Below are positions 29,332 to 36,897 of a DNA stretch of 64,000 bases, piece by piece. Within the stretch, counting starts at the first letter, position 1, and each line of letters starts with the position of its first letter. A model generated the notes under the pieces. It worked only from the letters and a program-made list of their open reading frames with translations. It was not told where the DNA came from and did no database searches. Origin of the DNA: a virus; IMG/VR virus record IMGVR_UViG_3300029712_000001; one strand, 5' to 3'. The position numbers and the translations under genes were made by a program.

Positions 29332-29637
29332 TTAATACAAATCTTCTGAATACAACTGTTCTCTAATGGCATTTCTATCTACCACCATCTCCTGATTATT
29401 GTTTCTAACAAGTTCAGACGCTTCCTCTCTTGTTAAAAACCGATTCTTGCTTGTCAAAAATCCTTGAACACTGCGGTTTTTATGAGCTATTCCGTATGCC
29501 GCAAGTTGCGATATTATGGAACAGTGTCTCAATCCACAAAATACGGTTCCGAATGGTATATTTACTGGACCGTGAGGCTTGTTCTTGTGATCTTGAACCC
29601 ATATAGCTGCACATACAACAATTTCCTTATCACACAT
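29332..29637 (-). CDS. hypothetical protein
   Basis: 101-aa ORF. Confidence 0.5.
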   Translation of the reverse strand: MCDKEIVVCAAIWVQDHKNKPHGPVNIPFGTVFCGLRHCSIISQLAAYGIAHKNRSVQGFLTSKNRFLTREEASELVRNNNQEMVVDRNAIREQLYSEDLY

Positions 29638-29640
29638 AAT

Positions 29641-29916
29641 TTACATATTTAAAATACCGTTTTTACCAATATGCTTCTTCTCTTCTTCAGTAGGCCATTC
29701 TTTCTTGAACTTACCATGCCACGTTCCAGGAACTACCACCACTTCGTCTCCCTTACTATATTCAATAGCGGCACATTCAGAACAAAGAGGCTTGCCTTCA
29801 TATCCCTTTAGCGACTTATCGTAAATACGATTCTTACAAGGTCTTATAAGAGCCCAATAACAGGATGTGGCTGTATTATCTATACAGCCACATTTTGAAC
29901 AAACAAACAAACTCAT
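29641..29916 (-). CDS. small Cys-rich (Zn-binding-like) protein
   Basis: CSKCGC ... CSECA motifs in 91 aa. Confidence 0.5.
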   Translation of the reverse strand: MSLFVCSKCGCIDNTATSCYWALIRPCKNRIYDKSLKGYEGKPLCSECAAIEYSKGDEVVVVPGTWHGKFKKEWPTEEEKKHIGKNGILNM

Positions 29917-30776
29917 CCCGCAATCTCCCAGTCATTAGACATAATATCATGTTCGGTTGGATTCCAATTTGATGCCACTTTTTGACCTGTATCTATCATC
30001 AATATATTTACGTCAAACATACAGATATACTTTTTACCCCAATCGATTCTTTTTATCTTACGACCTAATTTAAGCCGTTCTAAAGCCTGTTCGAATGTCA
30101 TGCCATGACGAGGCAGTTTGAGATACTTTTCAAGTCTGTCGGAGGCTTCATTTGGTGTATGGCCATCGTATTCGAAAGCGGTTTCTCTTTCAGGAACATC
30201 AAACAAATCCCAGTATTTGCTTTCATAGTGATTAGATACCTGACCGGTAGGTAGGATCGCCATCACAATAAACCAATCATCAGAACCGAAGCATTTTTCT
30301 CCGTCGCTGTGTCTCCTTGATTTGCAAACTTCAACCTGTCCGCTTCTGGCTAATAGATTAAAGAAGGCAGCGTTATACAACATGCGATACCGATACAATT
30401 CATTGAAAGTGTGGTATCCGTCAGAGACTTCTCCCACGTCTACAGGCTTCTTGTTTTGAATACTACCCAAAATATTCTCTATATAGAGCTGTATTTTATA
30501 CATACCCATTTCGGTGTGGCCGTATTTGTTCAAGATATTATTGACATCGTATTGTATATTAAAATCTTTTTCAAATTCTACTTCAGGATGATTAGGATAG
30601 TAGTAATCTACTGATGCTTCTAACACAGACTTGATATGCTCTACTATCCTCGTGGCATCATCATGTTTTAAGAAATTCTTGAATCCCTCAACGAATTTAA
30701 TATCTTCTTCGATTGTTGATTCGAACTCTTCTTTTGTCATTACTCTAACCACATCTTTAAAATCTTTTAATTCCAT
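29913..30776 (-). CDS. two-domain protein with a C-terminal DUF2829 (Tad2-like) domain
   Basis: C-terminal MTFEQALERLKLGRKIKRIDWGKKYICMF...NWNPTEHDIMSNDWEI follows the DUF2829 pattern (F.eAl..lK.G.k..R..W ... W.P...D....DWEI). The central GYHTFNELYRYR...FEYDGHTP recalls a WDGH-type phage domain. Confidence 0.6.
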   Translation of the reverse strand: MELKDFKDVVRVMTKEEFESTIEEDIKFVEGFKNFLKHDDATRIVEHIKSVLEASVDYYYPNHPEVEFEKDFNIQYDVNNILNKYGHTEMGMYKIQLYIENILGSIQNKKPVDVGEVSDGYHTFNELYRYRMLYNAAFFNLLARSGQVEVCKSRRHSDGEKCFGSDDWFIVMAILPTGQVSNHYESKYWDLFDVPERETAFEYDGHTPNEASDRLEKYLKLPRHGMTFEQALERLKLGRKIKRIDWGKKYICMFDVNILMIDTGQKVASNWNPTEHDIMSNDWEIAG

Positions 30777-30799
30777 GATTTGTTTTAAATTAATTGTTA

Positions 30800-31435
30800 C
30801 TATACTTTCTTTATCCTACAATACAAACCCCACAAAAACTCAGCGGAGAAACTATCCCATACATTATTCTTCTGCCAAAGTTCTACTTTGTTAACAAACC
30901 AAGACCATGTGGGACCCTCATATGAAGAATCAGATGATGATCCCAATCCGATTTTCTCCATTTCATTCGCCACATCAGAATAAGGATCTAAATCGACTCC
31001 CCTAATCATGTTAATAATATCATCCTTGTCTAACGTAAATTGAAACCGCTCCTTGTTAGTAGGCGGATCTTGATTCAATTTACCAGTCGCAAGCCATTTT
31101 CCATCATGATACAATTCGGCAAGTTTCTTTACCTTATTTTTAAGAAAAGAATACTCTTGTGTGACTTCTATAAAATCAGCTTCGTTAGCTTCACCCTCTA
31201 TGAAGATAACGGTTTTGCTTCCAGGTCTATGATCGTCTAAGCTTGCCGGGATTCCCAATATCGTCCATCCTTTAAACTCAGCTATCTTAAAACGCATGAC
31301 ATCAAACACCTTATAGAAATCATCACAATCTACAGATTCTATTACCTTAATATCCTCTTCTGTGAATTTACCTCGTATTGGAATAACGTGATGACCGGGG
31401 CAGCCATCGGTTCCGAAATATGCGATTCTAACCAC
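30800..31435 (-). CDS. hypothetical protein
   Basis: 211-aa ORF. Confidence 0.55.
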   Translation of the reverse strand: MVRIAYFGTDGCPGHHVIPIRGKFTEEDIKVIESVDCDDFYKVFDVMRFKIAEFKGWTILGIPASLDDHRPGSKTVIFIEGEANEADFIEVTQEYSFLKNKVKKLAELYHDGKWLATGKLNQDPPTNKERFQFTLDKDDIINMIRGVDLDPYSDVANEMEKIGLGSSSDSSYEGPTWSWFVNKVELWQKNNVWDSFSAEFLWGLYCRIKKV

Positions 31436-31455
31436 GATATTTACAATATTTTAAT

Positions 31456-31671
31456 TTATTTTGCTAAAACATTCATATAACATGGCACATCTACCACATC
31501 TCTTCTACGAAGTCCCTTATCAAAATAGGAAACCATATAAGTATTTTTACCTTCGTGATCAGGTCTGGGATCAAAACATTCAAAAACGAATCTTGTTATA
31601 CCTTCCAAATGACCAAGCATGAAAACAAATTCGCCACTGTATCTTTTATTAGCCAATTCTTCTACAGTCAT
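31456..31671 (-). CDS. small hypothetical protein
   Basis: 71-aa ORF. Confidence 0.45.
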   Translation of the reverse strand: MTVEELANKRYSGEFVFMLGHLEGITRFVFECFDPRPDHEGKNTYMVSYFDKGLRRRDVVDVPCYMNVLAK

Positions 31672-31895
31672 AATCTGTCCCCTCCTAATCCTGAATTGAT
31701 GCTAACGTACTTAACACGGACATCATTTCCACGTCCAAGCTGACCCCAGCCGGGCGACGGCGTTCCCTTGGCCGGAGCAGGGACAGCCCTAAGCCGAGAC
31801 CAGTCCTGCTTTTGCCTCATGGCTTCAGCCTCTTTGTAATACCGGTTACACAGTTCTTGATCTTCGTAACCAACGTAATCTTCCTTATTTTCCAT
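31668..31895 (-). CDS. small hypothetical protein
   Basis: 75-aa ORF overlapping the next gene by 4 nt. Confidence 0.45.
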   Translation of the reverse strand: MENKEDYVGYEDQELCNRYYKEAEAMRQKQDWSRLRAVPAPAKGTPSPGWGQLGRGNDVRVKYVSINSGLGGDRL

Positions 31896-32023
31896 AAAAA
31901 ATACTTTTTCAACAAAAGTACGACATTCATGAATTAATTAGATTTAAAATAAAACAATATGAATTAAAATAAAAACCCGATACGTTAAAATCGCATCGGG
32001 CCTGGTATTGGGAAAAAATAGGT

Positions 32024-32206
32024 TCAGATCTTGGGTAAAGATTCGAGCCAATTTTTAACATCTTTATATTTAGGGTCTTTGTCTATTCTATCTTTCAGTT
32101 CATGCAATGCTGAGTCCATAACCGTATTCGGTACGCCAATCAACTCTCCTATTAAATACAATGGGGTTTTATTCGATTTAGATTCGTGTGCTATATTCAT
32201 GTCCAA
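32024..32206 (-). CDS. small hypothetical protein
   Basis: 60-aa ORF directly downstream of a terminator. Confidence 0.4.
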   Translation of the reverse strand: MDMNIAHESKSNKTPLYLIGELIGVPNTVMDSALHELKDRIDKDPKYKDVKNWLESLPKI

Positions 32207-32225
32207 AAAAAGTTATGTGAAACAA

Positions 32226-32260
32226 ACCGGCCACGGGTATTCTATTGCCCGCCGACCGGT
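32226..32260 (-). terminator. rho-independent terminator
   Basis: ACCGGcCACGGG...CCCGcCGaCCGGT GC-rich hairpin followed on the - strand by TTTGTTT. Confidence 0.55.
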
Positions 32261-32288
32261 ATAATATTTTTATTCCTTTTTTTCCAAA

Positions 32289-32311
32289 CGGGAAAAACGG
32301 GAATGCGGGAA
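32289..32311. repeat. three short CGGGAA direct repeats
   Basis: CGGGAA at 32289, 32298 and 32306 in the 3' UTR of ORF 32364..32657. Confidence 0.3.
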
Positions 32312-32363
32312 TCATATTTTTTACTATGGCTCCCGCACCACCGGAAGGACCTGGGTCTGGATC

Positions 32364-32657
32364 TCAGGTCAGATCCTTCCAGTTTATTTTTTCGCCGAGG
32401 TAATCTTGCACGGCAAGCCATCTTATAAAGGCTACTCCTTCGGGAGCATCCGGATCATCCAAATACATTAACGTAGCTTTCACCAACTCGTTCTCACATT
32501 TGAAGACCTTCGGAAAACCATCCGAATAGTACATTGCAAAGACATATTGGACATCGCCCCATGTCGCTTTATCCGGCTTCTTCGCTCCGCACTTTTCAAA
32601 AATATCTTTTATTTCCGGCTGCTTCCAGATCCTCTTGGATCCATCGACGTTGACCAT
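32364..32657 (-). CDS. hypothetical protein
   Basis: 97-aa ORF, in the same frame as the upstream RG-rich ORF. Confidence 0.5.
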   Translation of the reverse strand: MVNVDGSKRIWKQPEIKDIFEKCGAKKPDKATWGDVQYVFAMYYSDGFPKVFKCENELVKATLMYLDDPDAPEGVAFIRWLAVQDYLGEKINWKDLT

Positions 32658-32750
32658 CTTCTTTACCGCCTCATCAGCAAGAGCATTAGAAAAATGGTAG
32701 CCGTAAGTATCTACATATTTCTGATAAGCTGGATCCTCTGCGTCTGCTCC

Positions 32751-33128
32751 TCAATAAGAACGACCTCTGCCACGTCCGCGACCTCTACGCATCTGAGGTC
32801 CGTCACCGTAGTATCTGTCGTCTCCATAGTAATCGGTCGGGTAGGATTCGTAACCCATCCTCCGGTATTCCCGGTCCTCCATTTCATGACGACGTTCGCG
32901 CTCTTCGAGCCTTCTTTCCCTTTCTTCCAGCTCGTTTTCGCGTTCTTCCATTTCCTTCATCTTCTCATGCATACCGTAATGATCATAAGGAGGAAGGAAC
33001 CCATGTCCGTACTCCATGTACGTCCCATCAGAACGACGGCTTCTGCCTCTGCCTCCACCTCGCCTGTCTTCTATCTCATCATATCCAGGATATTCTCTGT
33101 GTCCTGAATTTAAATCATATACTATCAT
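32751..33128 (-). CDS. low-complexity RG/RGG- and Glu/Arg-rich protein
   Basis: 125 aa with DRRGGGRGRSRR, EERENELEERERRLEERERRHEMEDREYRR and C-terminal RRGRGRGRGRSY; also Tyr/Asp/Gly-rich. Confidence 0.5.
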   Translation of the reverse strand: MIVYDLNSGHREYPGYDEIEDRRGGGRGRSRRSDGTYMEYGHGFLPPYDHYGMHEKMKEMEERENELEERERRLEERERRHEMEDREYRRMGYESYPTDYYGDDRYYGDGPQMRRGRGRGRGRSY

Positions 33129-33135
33129 ATTATAC

Positions 33136-33630
33136 TTATTTCAAACGTTCTACAATTAACTTCTTTAAATCTTCGAATGAATCAGTAAGGTCATTCACCT
33201 TATTTTCTATACCAGCTATTTTACGATCCTGCTCTCTCGTTTGTTTGAATGCCGGATTGATGTCTTCTAATATAGATTCACAAGCCTCTATCTTGGCACG
33301 ATGGGTATCTACGCTGTCTATTATGTCTTGACTGGTGCTTTTTATAGCATTCAGTTCGTTCATAATCGGATCTATGCTGGTAGATAATGTTATACCCATA
33401 GCCTTAGCCACATTCTGGGATTCCAAGACCGTATAGGTCTTGGTTTCGCCAGTGAGCTCTACCGTCAGATCCACCACGCGGGTCTGCATCGCCTGATACT
33501 GACCCGGCTGAGGAGGAAGATACCTGGGTTCGGATACGGCTACTACCTTTCCCAATTCGTATTTAGGTACTGTATTAGTATCAAGGGTATGTACCTGAAA
33601 CCCCTTCTTCAAATCTGAAAACATGATCAA
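33136..33630 (-). CDS. hypothetical protein with C-terminal coiled coil
   Basis: 164-aa ORF. Confidence 0.6.
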   Translation of the reverse strand: MIMFSDLKKGFQVHTLDTNTVPKYELGKVVAVSEPRYLPPQPGQYQAMQTRVVDLTVELTGETKTYTVLESQNVAKAMGITLSTSIDPIMNELNAIKSTSQDIIDSVDTHRAKIEACESILEDINPAFKQTREQDRKIAGIENKVNDLTDSFEDLKKLIVERLK

Positions 33631-33680
33631 AATATTATTTAGGTGAAAATAGGGTGATGATCTCCATCACCCTACTGAAA

Positions 33681-34094
33681 TCATTTACCTGCTTTAACTT
33701 CAGACGCCTGGGCTGCCGCTACTGGAACACAGCAATCCATTAATCTTAACACGCCACGAACTTTATTGAAGTACAGAAGGCGTTCTGTGCCATTTACCAT
33801 AGCAGCACCCGTTACAGCTACGTTAATAGGGTTCACGACATTCACTCCCGTAACCGAGCAACAGGTGTCGGCTCCTACTGTTGAAACTGTGCTGTTTGCC
33901 GGGACCGCAATCTGTACCGGTAGAGCACTTCCGGCTGTGGGGACTACTTGCCTTATCTTAAGAAGGATAAGACCCTCACACGGAAGGGCGATCCAAGCCC
34001 GTGGGTTAATACCGAAGATTGTATTTGTCGTACTGACAATAACATTCTTCGTAACCATCTCATACAACGATCCTATTTTAGAAACACAAGCCAT
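33681..34094 (-). CDS. small beta-rich protein with paired cysteines
   Basis: 137 aa, strong GGAGG Shine-Dalgarno. Cys3, Cys49 and two CC doublets (DTCCSV, MDCCVP). Val/Thr/Asn/Ala-rich beta-type sequence. Confidence 0.6.
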   Translation of the reverse strand: MACVSKIGSLYEMVTKNVIVSTTNTIFGINPRAWIALPCEGLILLKIRQVVPTAGSALPVQIAVPANSTVSTVGADTCCSVTGVNVVNPINVAVTGAAMVNGTERLLYFNKVRGVLRLMDCCVPVAAAQASEVKAGK

Positions 34095-34117
34095 ATTAGC
34101 CTCCTCTCTTAATAAAA

Positions 34118-35125
34118 TCAGACAGCAGCGTTGTTATTGCAACATCCGTTGTTACATCCACATCCGTTATTGCAGTAACCTCCTCCGAATACCTGTCCCC
34201 AAGAATAAGCCTGGTAAGGAGAACAAGAGGGGTAGGCTGGGACGGCCGTCGGGCGTAATTGACCAACGATATTCTGGGTTTGTTGCTGAGATAATGCCGA
34301 AGCTGTCAAAGCCGCTTTTTCTTCACGAAGTTGAGCAATAGTGTTCTGCATCTCCCTCATTTCCAACTGACAGAATTTGTCGTTGATCATAACGGTTTGA
34401 GCGTCAAGTTTCGCAGACAAGATATTGAATTGGCTTGTAGCTTGCTCACGATTGTTAGCCAGACCTTGGTTGAGACCGTTCTGCAAGATATTGGTTTGTT
34501 CCAACGTGCGAAGCTGGTTATCAAAACCTTGCTGAGTAATCATTCCCTGAGTCTGGCAAGTGCTTTGATTGATCAACGAACTCAGATTGCAGCAGCAAGA
34601 GCTGATTTGATTTCCGATTTCACAACCTTGTTGTTGAACTGCGTTGATAACAGCCTGAGAAGTCATACCTACCTGACCAGCTACTTTATCAATAGCACCC
34701 TGTACGTTGCAGATAGCGTTCTGAAGTTGAGTAGTAGAACAGTTCAAAGCAGAAGCGATCTGATCTATAGCGCTACGATTACCTTGAATTGCCTGCATCA
34801 GAAGCTCACGACCGTAATCGTTATTCAACTGAGCGGGTAAACCATTGGCGCAACAATCACCACCATTTCCAAAACCGTTACCGAAGCCGCGTCCACCCCA
34901 CAGCCAGAACAAAACAATTATCCAGAGCCACCAACCGTTAGCCCCACCGAAACCGTCCTGGTTGTTACGACCATTCATCAAAGCCGCCACCAGATTCGGA
35001 TCCATTTTATTACCACCTATTAAATTAGCAAACATGCCGGGAATCATTGAAAGAAGACCGTTAGTGGCTGCACCACCACCGTTAGCCCCGGCTCCATCTA
35101 AAAGGACGATTTTATCACCACCCAT
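34118..35125 (-). CDS. Gly/Asn/Gln/Cys-rich membrane-anchored coiled-coil protein
   Basis: Start refined to MGGDKIV. Gly-rich N-terminus, Trp-rich TM (WWLWIIVLFWLWGG), long Gln/Asn-rich helical region with many Cys (SSCCCNL), Pro-rich segment, and C-terminal GGGYCNNGCGCNNGCCNNN. Confidence 0.6.
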   Translation of the reverse strand: MGGDKIVLLDGAGANGGGAATNGLLSMIPGMFANLIGGNKMDPNLVAALMNGRNNQDGFGGANGWWLWIIVLFWLWGGRGFGNGFGNGGDCCANGLPAQLNNDYGRELLMQAIQGNRSAIDQIASALNCSTTQLQNAICNVQGAIDKVAGQVGMTSQAVINAVQQQGCEIGNQISSCCCNLSSLINQSTCQTQGMITQQGFDNQLRTLEQTNILQNGLNQGLANNREQATSQFNILSAKLDAQTVMINDKFCQLEMREMQNTIAQLREEKAALTASALSQQQTQNIVGQLRPTAVPAYPSCSPYQAYSWGQVFGGGYCNNGCGCNNGCCNNNAAV

Positions 35126-35259
35126 AATTTTATAGTATTTAATTGTTAAACATACGTGCATGAAGCACGTAACAAAGATCATGATTGTAAGGTGGAATAT
35201 AGGTGTGTTTATTTCCTATAGAAGAGAAGTATTTTCAGAAAAGACAGAAACAAAAAAAA

Positions 35260-35293
35260 GGTAGTGTTTTTTTTATTCTTTTAAAACACTACC
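35260..35293 (-). terminator. rho-independent terminator
   Basis: GGTAGTGTTTT / AAAACACTACC 11-bp stem followed on the - strand by T8. Confidence 0.7.
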
Positions 35294-35304
35294 TATAAAT
35301 AAAC

Positions 35305-36189
35305 TCAAGAAAATTTGCCATATTTTAAAAATACATTTTTAAGTTTTCCTTTTATGCCATTGAGGGTCACTTCATATCCGGAGCCTGTCATGTAGATAGT
35401 TTGTTGATTAACCCTTTCGCCGGAATACTTATCTACAAAATATGATCTATATACACCATATCCTTTAGCTACAACATTACTGTACAACTCCCATTTTCCA
35501 AGACCGTTTCTAAACATAAACTTAGCTTCTTCAAGAAATGAACGTAAATTCTTTTCAGCGATGATAACACCATTCTGTTCTAACTTTTTGGCAATATCAC
35601 GAATCAGCCACATATTGTTATGGTCTACTTTCCTAAAAGACTCGGCAAATTCTACATCGGGCTTATGTTCTTCTATTGTTTTCAAGGCTTGTTGCTTCTC
35701 TGCCTCTGCCTGCGACTTTTCGGCTATAGCTTTTTGAGCAGCTTCATATTGATCAGCCCAGGCTCTTGCTGCATCTGCCGGATTAGAAAAGTCAGGGACC
35801 AAAATTCCCTTTCCACCGGAACTTGTTTTATATTCTCCTGTTTTACGAATAGAAGGAAGAACCTCAGATGTTATCCATCGTTTAAATCTCTTAGCAGATT
35901 CTAATTTTGAAGATAATATAAGAGAATATAAACCAGATTCATTAATTATTCTTATACTATCTATATATCTGGTTTTCAATATGGATTGATTCACGCCCCA
36001 TTGATTATCAGATACTTGCAAAAGTATGGAATCATCATCATCTACATGTCTTTTTACCGCATCTTTAGCATTTATATATCCAAGAGATTTAGCCACATCT
36101 GACGCCACAAACCAAACATCTCCTTTTGGATCTACAATAATTCTAAGCTCTCCAAAATCCGAACTTTCAAAAACAGAAACTTTATCCAT
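35305..36189 (-). CDS. Bro-N / KilAC-type antirepressor-like protein
   Basis: FESSDFGELRIIVDPKGDVWFVASDVAKSLGYINAKDAVKRHV is a typical Bro-N pattern, with a KilAC/ANT-like C-terminal half. Start refined to MDKVSVF. Confidence 0.75.
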   Translation of the reverse strand: MDKVSVFESSDFGELRIIVDPKGDVWFVASDVAKSLGYINAKDAVKRHVDDDDSILLQVSDNQWGVNQSILKTRYIDSIRIINESGLYSLILSSKLESAKRFKRWITSEVLPSIRKTGEYKTSSGGKGILVPDFSNPADAARAWADQYEAAQKAIAEKSQAEAEKQQALKTIEEHKPDVEFAESFRKVDHNNMWLIRDIAKKLEQNGVIIAEKNLRSFLEEAKFMFRNGLGKWELYSNVVAKGYGVYRSYFVDKYSGERVNQQTIYMTGSGYEVTLNGIKGKLKNVFLKYGKFS

Positions 36190-36364
36190 GATAAAAAAAT
36201 AGGCCCAAAAGAGAATGTCAGATCCCACTATGACAAACCCTAATGAGCCAAAAATATCTTTCAACATCAAACAACCAGAGGTGGGATCTCGTTGTTCATT
36301 GTTTCTGGAACAAAGATAGGAACAGGATTTTAAATAACAAATATTTTAATACTTTTTAAATCAA

Positions 36365-36394
36365 ATCAGGGCCCGCATCACTGCGAACCCTGAT
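36365..36394 (-). terminator. hairpin downstream of the 65-aa ORF
   Basis: ATCAGGG / CCCTGAT stem with an inner CGCA/TGCG pairing. Confidence 0.35.
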
Positions 36395-36475
36395 CTACAC
36401 TAATCTAAACTAATACCATGAAAAACTTAAATCTAAAAACTAAAGAACACACAAATGTATGAAAATGTATGCTTT

Positions 36476-36673
36476 TCACAAAGAATCTGTATCCTGTTCT
36501 TTTGTGTGATTCAAGACATGGGATATAGTTCTGATACTTAATCCGGTTTGATTTCGTATCAGATTATAAATATAGGATTTTGAAACTACAGTTCTTAATT
36601 GACCTAAATCATTCATAATGTTTTTATACATAAGATGAATGCTGTTATTACGTTTGATGGTACTGATTCTCAT
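36476..36673 (-). CDS. small hypothetical protein (possible HTH)
   Basis: 65-aa ORF; a TAAGTTTG box at 36747-36754 (- strand) lies upstream. Confidence 0.4.
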   Translation of the reverse strand: MRISTIKRNNSIHLMYKNIMNDLGQLRTVVSKSYIYNLIRNQTGLSIRTISHVLNHTKEQDTDSL

Positions 36674-36826
36674 TTCCTACCGTTATTAGTTACGTCCGGT
36701 TCTTACTTTTTCCTATTTCTATAATCCCTTCCTGAAACTAATATTGCAAACTTAATAAAAATAATTCATAAACAACGAAAATCTAACTTTTCTTGTATGT
36801 TATTGATATACGTGCATATATAAGAA

Positions 36827-36852
36827 AAGTGAGACTTTCACAAGCCTCACTT
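36827..36852 (-). terminator. hairpin after the 752-aa gene
   Basis: AAGTGAG / CTCACTT stem followed on the - strand by TTCTTATAT. Confidence 0.4.
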
Positions 36853-36897
36853 CCCAAATTATAACTATGAAAAAACTATATATATGTATACAAAAAA

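Noticed and set aside
32289-32311. CGGGAA x3 as a mini CRISPR or regulatory array.
   Set aside because: There are only three 6-nt units with 2-3-nt spacers. This is far too short for CRISPR, so it is recorded only as a minor repeat.
32658-32750. ORFs 32751..33128 and 32364..32657 are in the same frame, separated by a single TGA and a stop-free 31-codon linker. This raised possible TGA read-through or recoding.
   Set aside because: TGA is used as an ordinary stop by many clearly complete genes here (for example 1442-1444, 1672-1674, 7377-7379). A 31-codon open stretch is not statistically unusual. No suppressor tRNA is present. I treat them as separate genes unless proteomics shows a fusion.
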